DNA from: the human T2T-CHM13v2.0 reference genome, Homo sapiens
Direction: 5' to 3' (one strand)
DNA length: 64,000 bases
Assembly (NCBI RefSeq): GCF_009914755.1
Contig: NC_060931.1
Numbering within the stretch: position 1 is the first letter of the stretch; each line of letters begins with the position of its first letter. The translations under genes and the position numbers were made by a program. The notes under the pieces are model-generated. The model was given only the letters and a program-made list of their open reading frames with translations, made no database searches and was not told where the DNA came from. Shown here piece after piece: positions 30,123-42,720 of the stretch.

Positions 30123-31860
30123 CTATAAGGGACCAACCAACACAGAGGTGAGGGCAACGTGAACAGGGAGGCCTGGCTCAGTGTTCCTGGGAGACTAAGG
30201 AGTTCAAAGCACTTTTCAAATATGAATTCCTTATCCTTCTGGTGATATTAGAAAGCAAGGGTATTTACTTTTTAATTTAGTGGAGAAACCGGCAAGGCAG
30301 GCAGGCGTAGTGAGTGATCTTGCAGAAGTCATCCCCAAAATGCTGTGATGACTGTCTGTTGGACATGAAGCTAGGTCTACCAGATGATGCTCTGGGCAGG
30401 GGCACAGAGGCAAAGTCGGCATTTGGGGAAGTGAATGACGGGTAAGAAGCAACGTGTCTTGGGGAGAATGTGTGGAAGACTGTTCTCAAGAAGGCTCAGA
30501 TCTCAGTGACACAATGTGTCTGGACTTGGCTTTGGGGGAAGCTGACCTTAGAAGCTCTTCGTTCCCATTATTTGACAGAATGTCTTAAAAACTGTCTGTA
30601 TCTGTCTAATCAACACCCGCTGGTATCTGATGTTACACTCTCCTCACAGACAGGCTGTTCTTTCCTTACTGAAGAGCCTTTTAAATATTTCCATTTTGTA
30701 GCTCTTTTTGGCTTTTATAAAGATCCTTTGGAAAAAATTCTTTCTATTGTTATTAAGGACACTAAATGTTTGGAAGAATCAAACAGTGCTATAACTCCAT
30801 AAAGTACTTTTTGAAAAGAAACTTTAACAAAAAATTACATCATCATCTCTACCCAGATGTTCTCTATTAGTCGTGAAATGTTTAGAAAGGTACCTTTTAT
30901 ATAACCCAAGCTGCCATAGGTGTCTTTTGAAGCGATCAAACAAGGAGAATGTCTTTTTCTTGTATTTTCATTATTTTATATGATCATAAAATCGTTACAG
31001 CTGTGACTTCCAAAAAATATATTTAAGTGACAGCTGAGAGACAATGTGACAAAAAGCCTGAGCAATAAATAATGTTTATACACCCATGGAAACAGAAATA
31101 GTCATTTTATTGAAAAATGGTCAGTCTGATAAATCAATCTTTGATCCTGTGTCAGCAATGTCAAGGCTAAACGCCTCCCTGTTCAAAGCCGGCTTAGGAA
31201 GGAATTGAACCCCTCTTCCCATCAGCGCATTGCCTTGCTCCTTTGAAGAGCTCCAGTGTCTTCCTAAAAATTTCCCTGCTCTAGTCTGTAATTTAGCTGA
31301 GACCCCTTACCAGATTCTTTAAAAATTAGCCCACGATAACGGGTGTCTCTGAATCAATATTTTAATATCTGTTCTGAAACTTTTAGGTGCAAGGAAATTA
31401 CAGGGCTATCAACTCTATCTCTTTCCAAGACCAGAAAGTCGGCAGATGGAGAACGGTTTCTAGATGGGGAGGGAATCTGCCTTTGGAACTTTTAGCGACC
31501 TGGTATGGTTCAACATTCCATCACTATGCAAAAATAAATAAATAAATTGCAGACCAACGTACAAAGGAAAGCAGCAAAGTTACTCTTCGCGGGGACGGTT
31601 GTGAACAAGGTAACATCTTAGAGACAGACCCCGGGGTCTGTAGCTTTGCATTAAAGCCATAGTCTCTAACTGGAGGCAGCAAAATGTTCTTCCGCCCCAC
31701 TGGGGTGAACCTGGAATGTGGAAGGACGGGAAATAATACAAAGTCACACGCTTTAGGTTCTACAACTCCTGACTGGCTGAATTGGCCCGTCGATTTACCT
31801 TGAGGCAGTTTTGGCGGGGTGGGGGCTGGGATGGGGGAGGCGGTTGTAGTTTTCAAGGTG

Positions 31861-31865
<5 letters not shown>

Positions 31866-31909
<44 letters not shown>
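31866..31909. repeat. (AC)22 microsatellite, WNT2 intron 1
   Basis: Perfect dinucleotide run. Confidence 0.98.
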
Positions 31910-31912
<3 letters not shown>

Positions 31913-32244
31913 TGTGCTAGAGCTGGAGACCAGGCTAGCACGTCTCTCAACAGGATAAGAAATTGGCTGATTTTGCTGTCGCTCAGCTGGATCCAAATAA
32001 ACCAAACATCGGAGCTCTCATTTGAGGGGGAATGTGGTTTTATGGAGTTGTCAAAGCTGAAATGATCTTCTGGGAAAAGAGAAGGGGCTCACCATGGGGC
32101 GATAAGAGGGCAGTAGCCAGGGTTCGGGCCAGAATCCGAGACTGCTGCGGCCGCGGGGGAACGCAGCCAGGAAGGGTCTATGTGGCCAATGCGGTCCCCA
32201 TTCCGATCTCCAAAATCCCCCCGCGCCCGTGCGCGTGGACTTAC

Positions 32245-32327
32245 CACCATGAAGAGTTGACCTCGGGGGTGAGCCAGGTCAAGAGCAGAGGGAGCCAGAG
32301 CCAGATTCCACCGAGAGGGGCGTTCAT
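32245..32327 (-). CDS. WNT2: WNT2 coding exon 1 (signal peptide, [28 protein letters not shown])
   Basis: ATG at 32327 (minus strand). 83 nt encoding a hydrophobic signal peptide that matches the WNT2 N-terminus. Donor TG|GTAAGT, phase 2, joins exon 2 in frame. Confidence 0.97.
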
Positions 32328-32328
32328 A

Positions 32329-32349
32329 TTAACCCCCTTGCGTCTGCAT
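32329..32349 (-). promoter_or_regulatory. uORF2 in WNT2 leader (MQTQGG*), stop 1 nt before the main ATG
   Basis: ATG CAG ACG CAA GGG GGT TAA T ATG, read directly. Translation is unproven. Confidence 0.6.
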
Positions 32350-32353
32350 CAGG

Positions 32354-32377
32354 TCAGACTCCGTGTGCGGGCGCCAT
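32354..32377 (-). promoter_or_regulatory. uORF1 in WNT2 leader (MAPAHGV*)
   Basis: ATG GCG CCC GCA CAC GGA GTC TGA, read directly. Translation is unproven. Confidence 0.6.
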
Positions 32378-35300
32378 GCGTGCCCAGAGCAGAAGCGCTC
32401 AGCTCCGGGAGCGCCTCGTCACGGCCGCCGGCGCCTCGCCGCGCCCCCGCCCCCCGCTCGCGTCTGCGACGAGTGGCGAGACTCGCTGATAAAGTTTCAA
32501 ACGATGGGCCCAGCGAGCGATAAAGGCCAGCCCGGACCGCCTCGCCCACAGCCCAATTCCCCAGGCGCAGCGAGCGCCTGCAGCCCGAAAGCTCTGCGCG
32601 CCTCCCGCGCGCCCCGTCCGCTCTGCTCCCCTCCGGGCGCAGCCGAGGGAGGGGGTGCTGCGCCTGGCGGGGGTGGGGAGAAACGCGGGGTTTTAGACAC
32701 GGGTGCATGAAATGATGGCAAGAGATGTCTGGGGATGAGGTGAGGCGGGGAAGGGGGAACATCGCTGCATGGTTACGAGCACACGCGAATACAGGAACCT
32801 TTAGGGAAGCTCCAGGCCAAAGAGCATCCGTGGGCTCTCGGAGCGCGCGTTCCGGATTGCCGAGGCCATCCGCTGGCAAACAAGTCCCTGAGCGTGCAAT
32901 GTGAGGAAACGAGGAAGGGGGCCAGGGGATAAGGAGATTACTATGCATGGGATACAAGAATCCAGAGATGATTCTCAACTCATTGCTTCGCTTCTCTCCC
33001 TGAAGCTGGGATGAAGAGCTAGCACTTGTAAATTTGGAGCTGCCGCGTCTATGCAGGGCAAGGTTAGGGAGGGGCCAGGCCTCTGCGAAATGACCTGTTG
33101 GCTTTGATTCCTTGGTGCTGGGCTTAAATACAGAGCCCATAGGGAGGGGAACTTGGAGGGTCCATGACCCTCGGGACCTAACCCAGCAGTATCTGCCAAA
33201 GCACCCAGGAAAGATGCAGTTTTTACGCACACCCAGCTCCTCTCCGGAGCTGCGGAGCGCAAAAGATCACATAGAGAGGAACCGAGGCAGCCAGGCGTTC
33301 GCCGGGGGTGTGCGCCCTTGCACCTCCTGCCGCCTGGGCGCTCAGCCTGTGCGCCTTGTGGAGGTTAAGGGACCCTCGGTCCTGGACCTGGGCCCCCGCC
33401 CAGCCAAGAGAGAGGGGCTTGGGCCCGCGGGTGGAGCATTTTGAGCAGTAGCTGGCTTGTAGCCGCGCCGTTTATCACCGGAAAGGAAGGAAGACCAGGA
33501 ACTCGTGGCGGCCGTGAACTGTTCCATTGCTCTTTTCCTGGGGCGGAGGGACTCACTGCCCGCCCGAGGAGCGTGCTCTGGGGAATAGAGTATGCGCCTG
33601 TGTGTATGTGTGGGAGGCGAATTGTTCGCAGGGCGTGGGGGAGGGGGTGCCGCCCAGATCGGAAGGACGGGCTCTCCCTCTCTCCAGCCCACCCTCGGGC
33701 CTGGACTGGCCAGAGCGTCAGCCCTCGCCGGCAGCGAGCGCGGTGAGAGGCTGGACGAGGCGAAGCTCAGAGACGCCAAAAACCTGAAAGATGCTGTCAT
33801 CGCCACCCCCTTCCCCCACGCTGGTCCCTGGCAGGTCCGGCCCCTCCCAGGCTGACCCAGATACATCCCCGTTTGGGTCCGGAAAGGGAGGGGAGGGAAA
33901 CAAGCACCGCGCCACCCACGACTCGGGAAGAGCAGGGCTCCTCGCCAGGGCCGCTCCGTATCGCTGGGCCGCGACCCAGGGAAGTTCTGCTTGGTCTGCG
34001 TCGGTCGGGCGGGAGGTGCAGGGAGGGCGCGTGGGGCGGCAGGCAGCGGGGCGGGGGAGCGTTTCTGCTCGCCGTGTGTGCACGCCGGCCATGGGGAGGG
34101 TATGATAGGCACCAAAGAGCAACACGCCTCTCATGTACTTACATGCTTATGCTCACAAACCTCCTTCCCCCGTGAAGCAGGGGAATAAACGAAAGCTTAC
34201 CTCCACCCTTCTTTGTCCCGCATTTTCTTGAAGTAAATCCAGACACTTAGGAAAGAAAAGGTGGTTGGCTCCGAGGAACCAGAAACATTGCCAAAATTTC
34301 ACTTCTACCGTGAATAAAGTAGGAGTGTGGATGTGTATGTTGGGAAAGGTAGACAGTTGTATGATTCTCTCATGGAGATTATGATTTGAAACCACCTAAA
34401 AAACTCCAACTCAAGTTCCACCCATCTCAGCACATCGTGTCCTCACAGCTAAGGGGTGTTAGAAGTACATGGAATGTGACCATCAGCTTACAGGCCCTTG
34501 CTCTCCGCCCAGGGAATTAGTGAGTGGCCAGGAGACCTGCCCTTCAGTTGATGGTGAGGCCAATGGAATGACCTAAACCTGAAACAGACCTCCTGGAAAA
34601 GAAATGGACCATCCCCAAAAGCTAATTAAATCCACGCCAGAGGACTTCATCCTGGGGCAGGAGGAGGAGGAGTGCCACATGTCTCACAGAGAAGAAATTG
34701 GTTTTGGTGAAAGGCAAAAGGCTGAAAATGTTCGAGTGAAGCTAAATCCAGATGTGAAAAAGGGGTCCACCCAAACACCCCTTCCTGACCTGTCTAGAGG
34801 CCGTCTGGACTCAATGACTTGTCTCTTCCAGATCTGTGATTCCATTTCCCTCCCATTCTCCACCCCTTTCACTTATGAACCATTACTTAGCCCCAGTATA
34901 ACTTATTTTCCTGCCAAGAAGGCCTTTACTCCCTCCTTGTCTGTACCTATTCTCTCGATGGACCCCTTCGCTTTGAAGATAAGATGTTCGCTAGTAGACA
35001 TGGTTAGGAAATGCTCAAGAAAATTAGGAGGAAAGAAGGTTACAGCAAACCTTACTTCTTTTACAATCAAAACCACCATCCTAAAGAAGAGTTAATAAAT
35101 AATGAAGTAAATTGCATATGACTTCAGCCTAGCTATAGCAGATGATGAGGTAAGGAAAGAAAGGGTCAGAGTGTCTTTAGATTTATTAATTTAAACATCT
35201 GATTTTTGATTTCTTCAATGAGAAATCTCAGAATTGACTGTAAAATTCATTTACAGTATACAGAACCCAATTCTCTTTCTGGAGCTTAATGTTAGTTTGC

Positions 35301-36297
35301 TTTTAACTTCAGTATAGCACTGTAGCCAAATGAGTCAGTCTATTTTCTTAGTTAGATCCATTGTTTGTCTAATCTCCCAGGGCAGTGTAAGAGAACTCAT
35401 TTACAACTGAGCCATCTCCACCCTTTAAAAATGGAGAGTTACTTCTCAACCAAATAGTCATTTGTCTTCCAGTCTGAACTGACTTCTTCCTCAGGCAATG
35501 ACTCCTAAGATAGCCACTCACTAACCAAAGGATAAGTTATAGTATCAATCGTTTAAATCTCAGTGTGCCTTTAAATTAATGTGCACCAAAGTTTTTTGCT
35601 TCCAGCCATGAGAGAGTAGCAAGTACCTGAGTAGCTCTCCTTTTCAGGTATTGGACAGTAGGCCCCACACGGCTGTGATCCTTGAGAGAAGGAAAACACA
35701 TTAGTTTTGCTCCACAACTATCTTACAATTGTCCAGGTTTTTCTGCTGAAGAGAAAAACATTTTTCTAGAATGTAGGAAGGTAGAATACAGGCAAGGCAG
35801 TAGTTTCAGTTAAGGAGGGAGAGACTGGAGTTTTGGGCTGTTGAAGCAGCTGAAATTTCTGAAGATAAGTAGCTGTGGAACAGGGACTCCCCCGCAAGTC
35901 TACATGGAGATTCACCACCAGTCTGGGCCAACAGCTAAGCTGAATATAGACATGACAAAACTCTGCAGGGCCTAACAGAGATTACCTGCTGCATGTAGTG
36001 CATTATTGAGAGACATTGGAGTTCCATCACAGCAGGGCAGAGAGACCTCACTGAGCATGTCAGGGATTCAATTGAGATGCTGGAAAGGCCTTGCCTTAAA
36101 AGCAATAGTCAGGCTAAAAAGCATGTCTTAGAGCAAAAATCAAAATGTTGTTTCTCCATAGCACATACTGTAACAAAGAATGGTAAGAAATCAGACAGGA
36201 CCAGGGAAATTTATAAGAATGAAACAACACCCATTAAAAAAAAAACAACATGATACAGATTCTCTACAATGGATAATTAACAATAAAAAATTTAATA

Positions 36298-36445
36298 GGC
36301 TGGACACGATGGTGCACGTCTATAGTCCCAGCCACTTGGGAAGCTAACAAAGGAGGATCGCTTGAGTCCAGGAGTTCAAAACCAGCCCAGGGAAACATAG
36401 CAAGACTCTGTTTCTAAACAAACCAACCAACAAACCCAACAAACA
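36298..36445 (+). mobile_element. FLAM-like Alu monomer
   Basis: GGAGGATCGCTTGAGTCCAGGAGTTCAAAACCAGCC plus (CAA)-rich tail. Confidence 0.8.
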
Positions 36446-37279
36446 AATATGGACAAGTGAAAAACACACAAAAGTGATCTATACTTAAGAGAAAGCAGTC
36501 AATAGAAACTGATCCTGAGATGGCCCAGATATAGGAGGAATTGGCAGGAAAGAAATTTTTAAAGTAACTATTATAAATATGTTCAGGTATTTAAAGGAAA
36601 ATAGAATGAACAAGTGGACAATGAACAAATAGAGAATCTCAGCAGAAAAATGGAAGCCAAAAGAAAGAAATGAAAATTCAAAACCCCGTTAGTACAGTTA
36701 TCTAATCTGCAAAATTTGTACTTTCTGAAATGGAATTCCAGAAAGAAAGCAGAAAGAAAATGGGGCAAAAAATATTTTGGAAATAATGCCCCAAATTTGG
36801 CCCAGATGATGGAAAACATAAATTTACCAATCTAAGAAAGGTGGAAAATCCCCAAAAGAATAATTACTCAGCATATCACACTGGCACACATCAAACTATT
36901 TAAAGCCATGGATGAAAAATCTCTAAAGCAGCCAAAGGAAAAAGATACATTAAATGTAGGAGAACAAGAATATGAATTACACCTGGCTTCTTATCAGCAA
37001 CAATGGAAGTCAGAAGACAATGGAATGACATCTATAACACGCTAAAAGAAAAAAAAAGTCCACATAGAAATCTATAATCAGTGAAAATACTCTCTGAAAA
37101 TGAAGTGGAACTCTTCTCTTGCTTCTTATTCTTCACTTAACCTTAGGAATAAGAACCACATTGCATGAATAAGAGCAAAATGAAAACAGAGCAACCTGAA
37201 TAAAGTCTAAAGCCAACCCTAGACAGGATCACGATTTCCCAGTGGTACTTTTTTTTGCTATCCAAAAGAAAACTCCACC

Positions 37280-37570
37280 TTTTTTTTTGTTAGAGTCTCA
37301 CTCTGTTGCCCAGGCTGGAGTGCAGTGGCATGATCTCAGCTCACTACAACCTCTGCCTCCTTGGTTCAAGCAATTCTCTCTGCCTCAGCCTCCTGAGTAG
37401 CTGGGATGACAGGTGCCCACCACCACGCCTGGCTAATTTTTGTATTTTTTAGTAGAGACGTGGTTTCGCCATGTTGGCCAGTCTGGTCTTCAACTCCTGA
37501 CCTCAGGTGATCTGCCCACCTTGGCCTCCCAAAGTGGTGGGATTAACGGCGTGAGCCACCACACCTGGCC
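37280..37570 (-). mobile_element. AluSx-like
   Basis: Complete Alu in reverse. TSD AACTCCACC. Confidence 0.92.
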
Positions 37571-37773
37571 AACTCCACCCTCCTTAAAGGAACATAATAT
37601 CATTCAGGATCTCCACAAATTTTCAGCAAATTAAAAATTATTTTTTAAAACTCCAAACAAAACAAAACCTAGGAAAAAAAAAACGACAGAAAATAGAAAT
37701 GGACCCACAGGTAATTTAGAGTTCTGACTTATCTGAGAGGGACTCCAAAATAATTAAAAATGTCTTTTTTTTT

Positions 37774-38132
<359 letters not shown>

Positions 38133-41100
38133 CTAAAAATCCAGAACTAGGGAGAAGAGAACAGAAGCAGTGACTGCAAGTAAGAATTAGATAGATGGGT
38201 TGAGGATCTATCTATAATCAGTAGAACAGTGGATTAGTAAGCCAGAAGAGAGGTCAATATTGAATATCCAGATTAATGCACAGAGAATAGTAAAAGGGTA
38301 GAAAATATATAAAAGAACAAGATAAATATGATTGAGTGAAAAGGTCTAAGCTAATTGCAACTGGAGATCTAGATGAAGAAGAGAGAATGGGACTAAAGAA
38401 ATATTTGAATAACTACCAGTTGAGAATTTTCCAAAACTGATGGAAGAAATCAAACCACATATTCAAAAAAAACCCTACAAACTTGTAGCAGATTAAATAC
38501 AGAGAAAACTACGTTCAGGCACATCACACATACATTTCTGACAAAGGCAAAAAGAAAATATTAAAAGCTGCCAGATGGGGAAAAACATTAATTTGAGGGG
38601 AGAAATCACAAGATATGGCTGACTTTTCAACAGAAACTATTGAAATCAGAAGATGGTAGAATGGCATCTTTAGAAAAGAGGTGGAGTGGAGAAGGATACT
38701 GTCAACTTGGAATTCTATAGTCATTGCAAAGATTCTTAAAAAGTTAAGACAAAATAAAGATGCTTTCAAATAAAAGGTAAGAAAATCCCTTATTAGCAGA
38801 GTTGATGATAAATATTAAGCCAGTTATTTAAGCTGAAGGACAATGATCCAAGATGGAATTATGGAATCAGAGTCCCCTGCTGGTTTTTGTGTTAGTGATG
38901 TCATATATTTTCTTCTACACATTTTAAACTTTTAAAAGATATCATAATCATCATTTTAATTATCAATACTATTTTGTATTTTTCTATTAATTTACCTTTC
39001 CCAATATTCATATTCCTTTTTGCAATTCCATAATTCCATCTGGGCTCATTTTAAGTACTACTGAATGGTGGTGAGTTTCCCATTTTGCTTTTTTTCTGCT
39101 ATCCTGCAGCCTGGACACAAGGCAGCAAAACCGTGAAGTGGGAGCTGGCATGGACAGAAAGGCATACAGGAAAGGTATCTGGATTCAAGTAGTGTGAAAG
39201 AGATTTCTAACATACTCATAGTGAGTGGGAGAAGTTCCCTGGGCTCCCCCCTTTTAATTCTTTCACATTCCACACCCCTAGGCAAACCTATGTCAATGTT
39301 GGCAGCAGTGACAACAGCAGCAGTGAGAGCCCATAGGTGCTTAAAACTCTGAGAGATGGGAAACTTTCTCTCCAGAGGAACTGTGTTCCCAAAGAGATGA
39401 GATGAAATTCCATAGCTTTTTTTTCCCCCTCCTTCCTTCTGCCATGTGGTCCTAGACATGGGTGTAATACATACAGGAAATGTATGGCAGAGTGAGACAA
39501 CTAAAGCTGAAGTTTCTGGCCAGAGGACCAAAAAGAGGAATCCTTGAAAATCAGAAAGTACTTAGGTAGTCAGGGGGAATGAGAATCTTGGGAAAACAGT
39601 CATATAAAGTTGTATGTGAAGTCCTGTGCTTACCCTCTAAGTTACGTACATGTGGATTTGCCCCTAATGATCACATCAAAAACTTTGAGAATGGAACTAT
39701 GGGATAGACCACAATCCAGGTCCAAGACAAGACAATGGGTTTTACACATGAGACAGGCATGAATAGAATTACAAAGCCTTTGAAAACTGAACTAACATCA
39801 GAACCAGAACCCACATAAGGCTGGTCAGAATTTGTGGCCTGAACCCAATTAGGTTGCTTGATCATACGTTGAAACAAGAATATCAACATTCCACATAGAT
39901 AGGATTTAAACAAGACCCAGAGTCTCTTAACATTCTATTCTGGATGTCCAGGATACAAGAAAAATTACTTGGTATACAAAGAACTAGGAAAATTGCAACT
40001 CAAATAGAAAAAGACCATCAAGAGACACTACTGCCTAGGTGACAAAGATGTTGAAATTATCAGACAAAGACTTAAAATCAGCTATTATAAAAATTCTTCA
40101 AGAAGTAAGGATGAATACTCTTGAAACAAATGGACAATATAAAGTCTCAGTAAATAAACAAAAAATTTAAAGAGGAAACACACGGAAATTTTAGAACCGA
40201 AGAATTTATTTACTGAAAAATCTATCTCAATGGATAGAGGTGATAACAAAATGGAGGTGACAGAGAAAGATGTGAATGAACTTGAAAATAGATCAGTGGA
40301 AGTTATCTAATCTTAACAGCAGAGGAAAAAAATATTGAAAAGAAATGAAGAGATCCTCGGGAAATCTCTGGAATAATACTCCAAGGTGCCACACTGTGTC
40401 ACTGGAATCCAAGAAAGAGAGGAGAAACAGTCCACTGCAGCAAAAAATATTTGCAGAAATGGTTAAATACTTACTAAATTTGGCCAAAGGTATAGACCTA
40501 GAGATTCAGAAAGCTCAGCAAATCCAAAGAGGATACCTCCAAATAAATTAATGCTGAGATACATAAAAATAAAATTGCTGAAAACTAAAGGCAAAGACAA
40601 AGTCTTGTAAACAGACAAATACAAATGATGCATTACTTATGGAGAACAAAGAGGAAAGATGATTTAAATGACTTTAGATTTCTCATCACGAATTATGAAA
40701 GCAGAAGAAAGTGGAACATTTTTTTAAAGCACTGATAAAAAGAACCATCAACCCAGTATTCTATACACAAAGAAAATATCCTTAGTGAAAGTGAAATAAA
40801 GACATTCTCAGATGAAGGAAAACAAAGACAATTCATTGTCAGTAGACCTGTTCTAAAAGGCTTGCTAAAAGAATTTCTTCAGACAAAAGAGAAATGATAT
40901 AAAAAGGAAACCTGTAAAATATGAAGCTAAGAGAAATGGTAAATATCTGAATAAAAGTTACAGACTCTTCTAGTCCTCTCCAGTTCTTTAAGAAGGCAGA
41001 AAAGGGGAAACAGGATTGAAAAACCAAGATAACACACAGAAAACAAATAATTAAATGATATACTTAAATCCAAACATACCCATAATTATATAAAATATGC

Positions 41101-42197
41101 ATGGTCCAAACACAACTTTTTTCAAAATTGATGTATTTATTATAATAAACATAAAATTCAGGAACAACAATAGTAGGTGGTATTTGGTAATAGAAATGAG
41201 ACTTAAAAAACAGAAGTGGTATAAACAGGAAAACAGGCAATAATGCAGTTAGAACCATGAGACGTCATTAATACTAAACCACAATCTATGAAGAGAGGAG
41301 GTAAATAAAAGAGTGATAGCTGAGTTTGAAATGAGATATTACCACCTACCAACCAGAATAACTAAAATTTTATCAATCTGACAATGCCAACAGTTAAGAT
41401 ATGGAACAAATGGAACTCTCACTCCTTGCTAGTTGAAGTAAAAGTGGTAAAACCACTTTGGAAAACTGACAGAATCTACAAACTCTGAACACATGCATTC
41501 ATATTGTTTAACAAGTCCACTGTAATTATATACTCAACAAAAATGCATACACAACAATTTTAAAACAGAGATTTGCTGAATGGATAAAAACACAAGTATA
41601 TGCTGTCTACAAGACATTCACTTCAAATACAATTATACAAGTAGGTAAAAAGGAGAAGTACACAAAAAGATAAATGACACAAACACTAATTAAAAGAAAG
41701 GCAAAGTTGATATATCAATATTAAAGCAGATATCTAAGCAAAATAAAAGTTACCTAGGATAATGAGGGAACATAACATAATGATAAAATGGTCAATTCAC
41801 CAAGAAGACATACTGTCCCTAAATGTGTATAGACCAAACAACAGACCTTCAAAACATACGAAGCAAAAATTTGACAGAACTAAAAGGAAAAAAACAGACA
41901 AATGCACAATTACAGTTAGAGATGTCAACATTCCTCACTCAGTAATTGATAGAACAAATAGAAAAATCAGGAAGATACAGAAAAACTCAACAACACTATC
42001 AACCAATTGCTTGGAAACTAAGCAATACACTTCTAATAGTCTTTGGATCATAAAAGATGTCTCAAGGGATGTTAGAAAATATTTAAACTGAATAAAAATG
42101 CATTATTGTGAAACTATATTTAATATAGATTCTAATAAGTCAAGAATACATGTTGTAATCTCCTGGGTAACCACTAAAAACTAACAAAATATATAGC

Positions 42198-42720
42198 TGT
42201 TCCAGTTTTCTATTGCTGTATAACAAACCGCTCCAAAACTTAGCACTTCAAAACATCAATTTATTACTGTATTTCATAGTTCTGTGGGTTGACCAGACTT
42301 AGCTTGGTGGTTCATGCTTGGGATCCTTGATATCATTTCAGGGGTTGCAGCTGGGACTGGATTCATCTGAAAGATTGACTGGGCTGGAGGTCCCATGAGG
42401 CTTTTTAACTCGTATGTCTTGCAGCTGTCATCCTCTACATGGCCTAGACTTCTTACTTGTGGCGTAGGATGCCAAGATGAAGGAGGTAAAAGTTGCCAAA
42501 CTAGTTAAGAACTACACCTGGATCTCATCAAAGCAGTTGCAGGACCTGCCCAGATTCAAGAGAGGGAGAAGTCAACTCTGCTTCTTGATAGGAGAGTAAC
42601 AAAGTAACACTAAAGGAGAGCATGTAGCAATAGAAAATGTTATTATTGCCATCTCTGGAAAACAGTCTTCTACAGTCTTCCCTTTGGACACAACAATTCA
42701 CATTCCTTCCACATGGGCAA
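42198..42720 (-). mobile_element. MaLR (MLT1-like) LTR
   Basis: CAGTTTTCTATTGCTGTATAACAAACCGCTCCAAAACTTAGC is a typical reverse MLT1 end. Confidence 0.7.

Larger units (their letters stand above)
32090..34090. promoter_or_regulatory. WNT2: WNT2 CpG-island promoter / 5'UTR (two lobes: ~32090-32700 and ~33250-34090)
   Basis: Abrupt rise in GC and CpG density around exon 1 and upstream. GC boxes (GGGCGG/CCGCCC) and GATA motifs are present. The exact TSS cannot be determined from sequence. Confidence 0.9.

Noticed and set aside
32349-33230. 293-aa minus-strand ORF upstream of WNT2 (also 33342..34115, 257 aa, and 32032..32523, 163 aa)
   Set aside because: They lie in the CpG island where stop codons are rare. 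Low-complexity Pro/Arg/Ala/Gly content, no recognisable domain, and mostly non-ATG starts.
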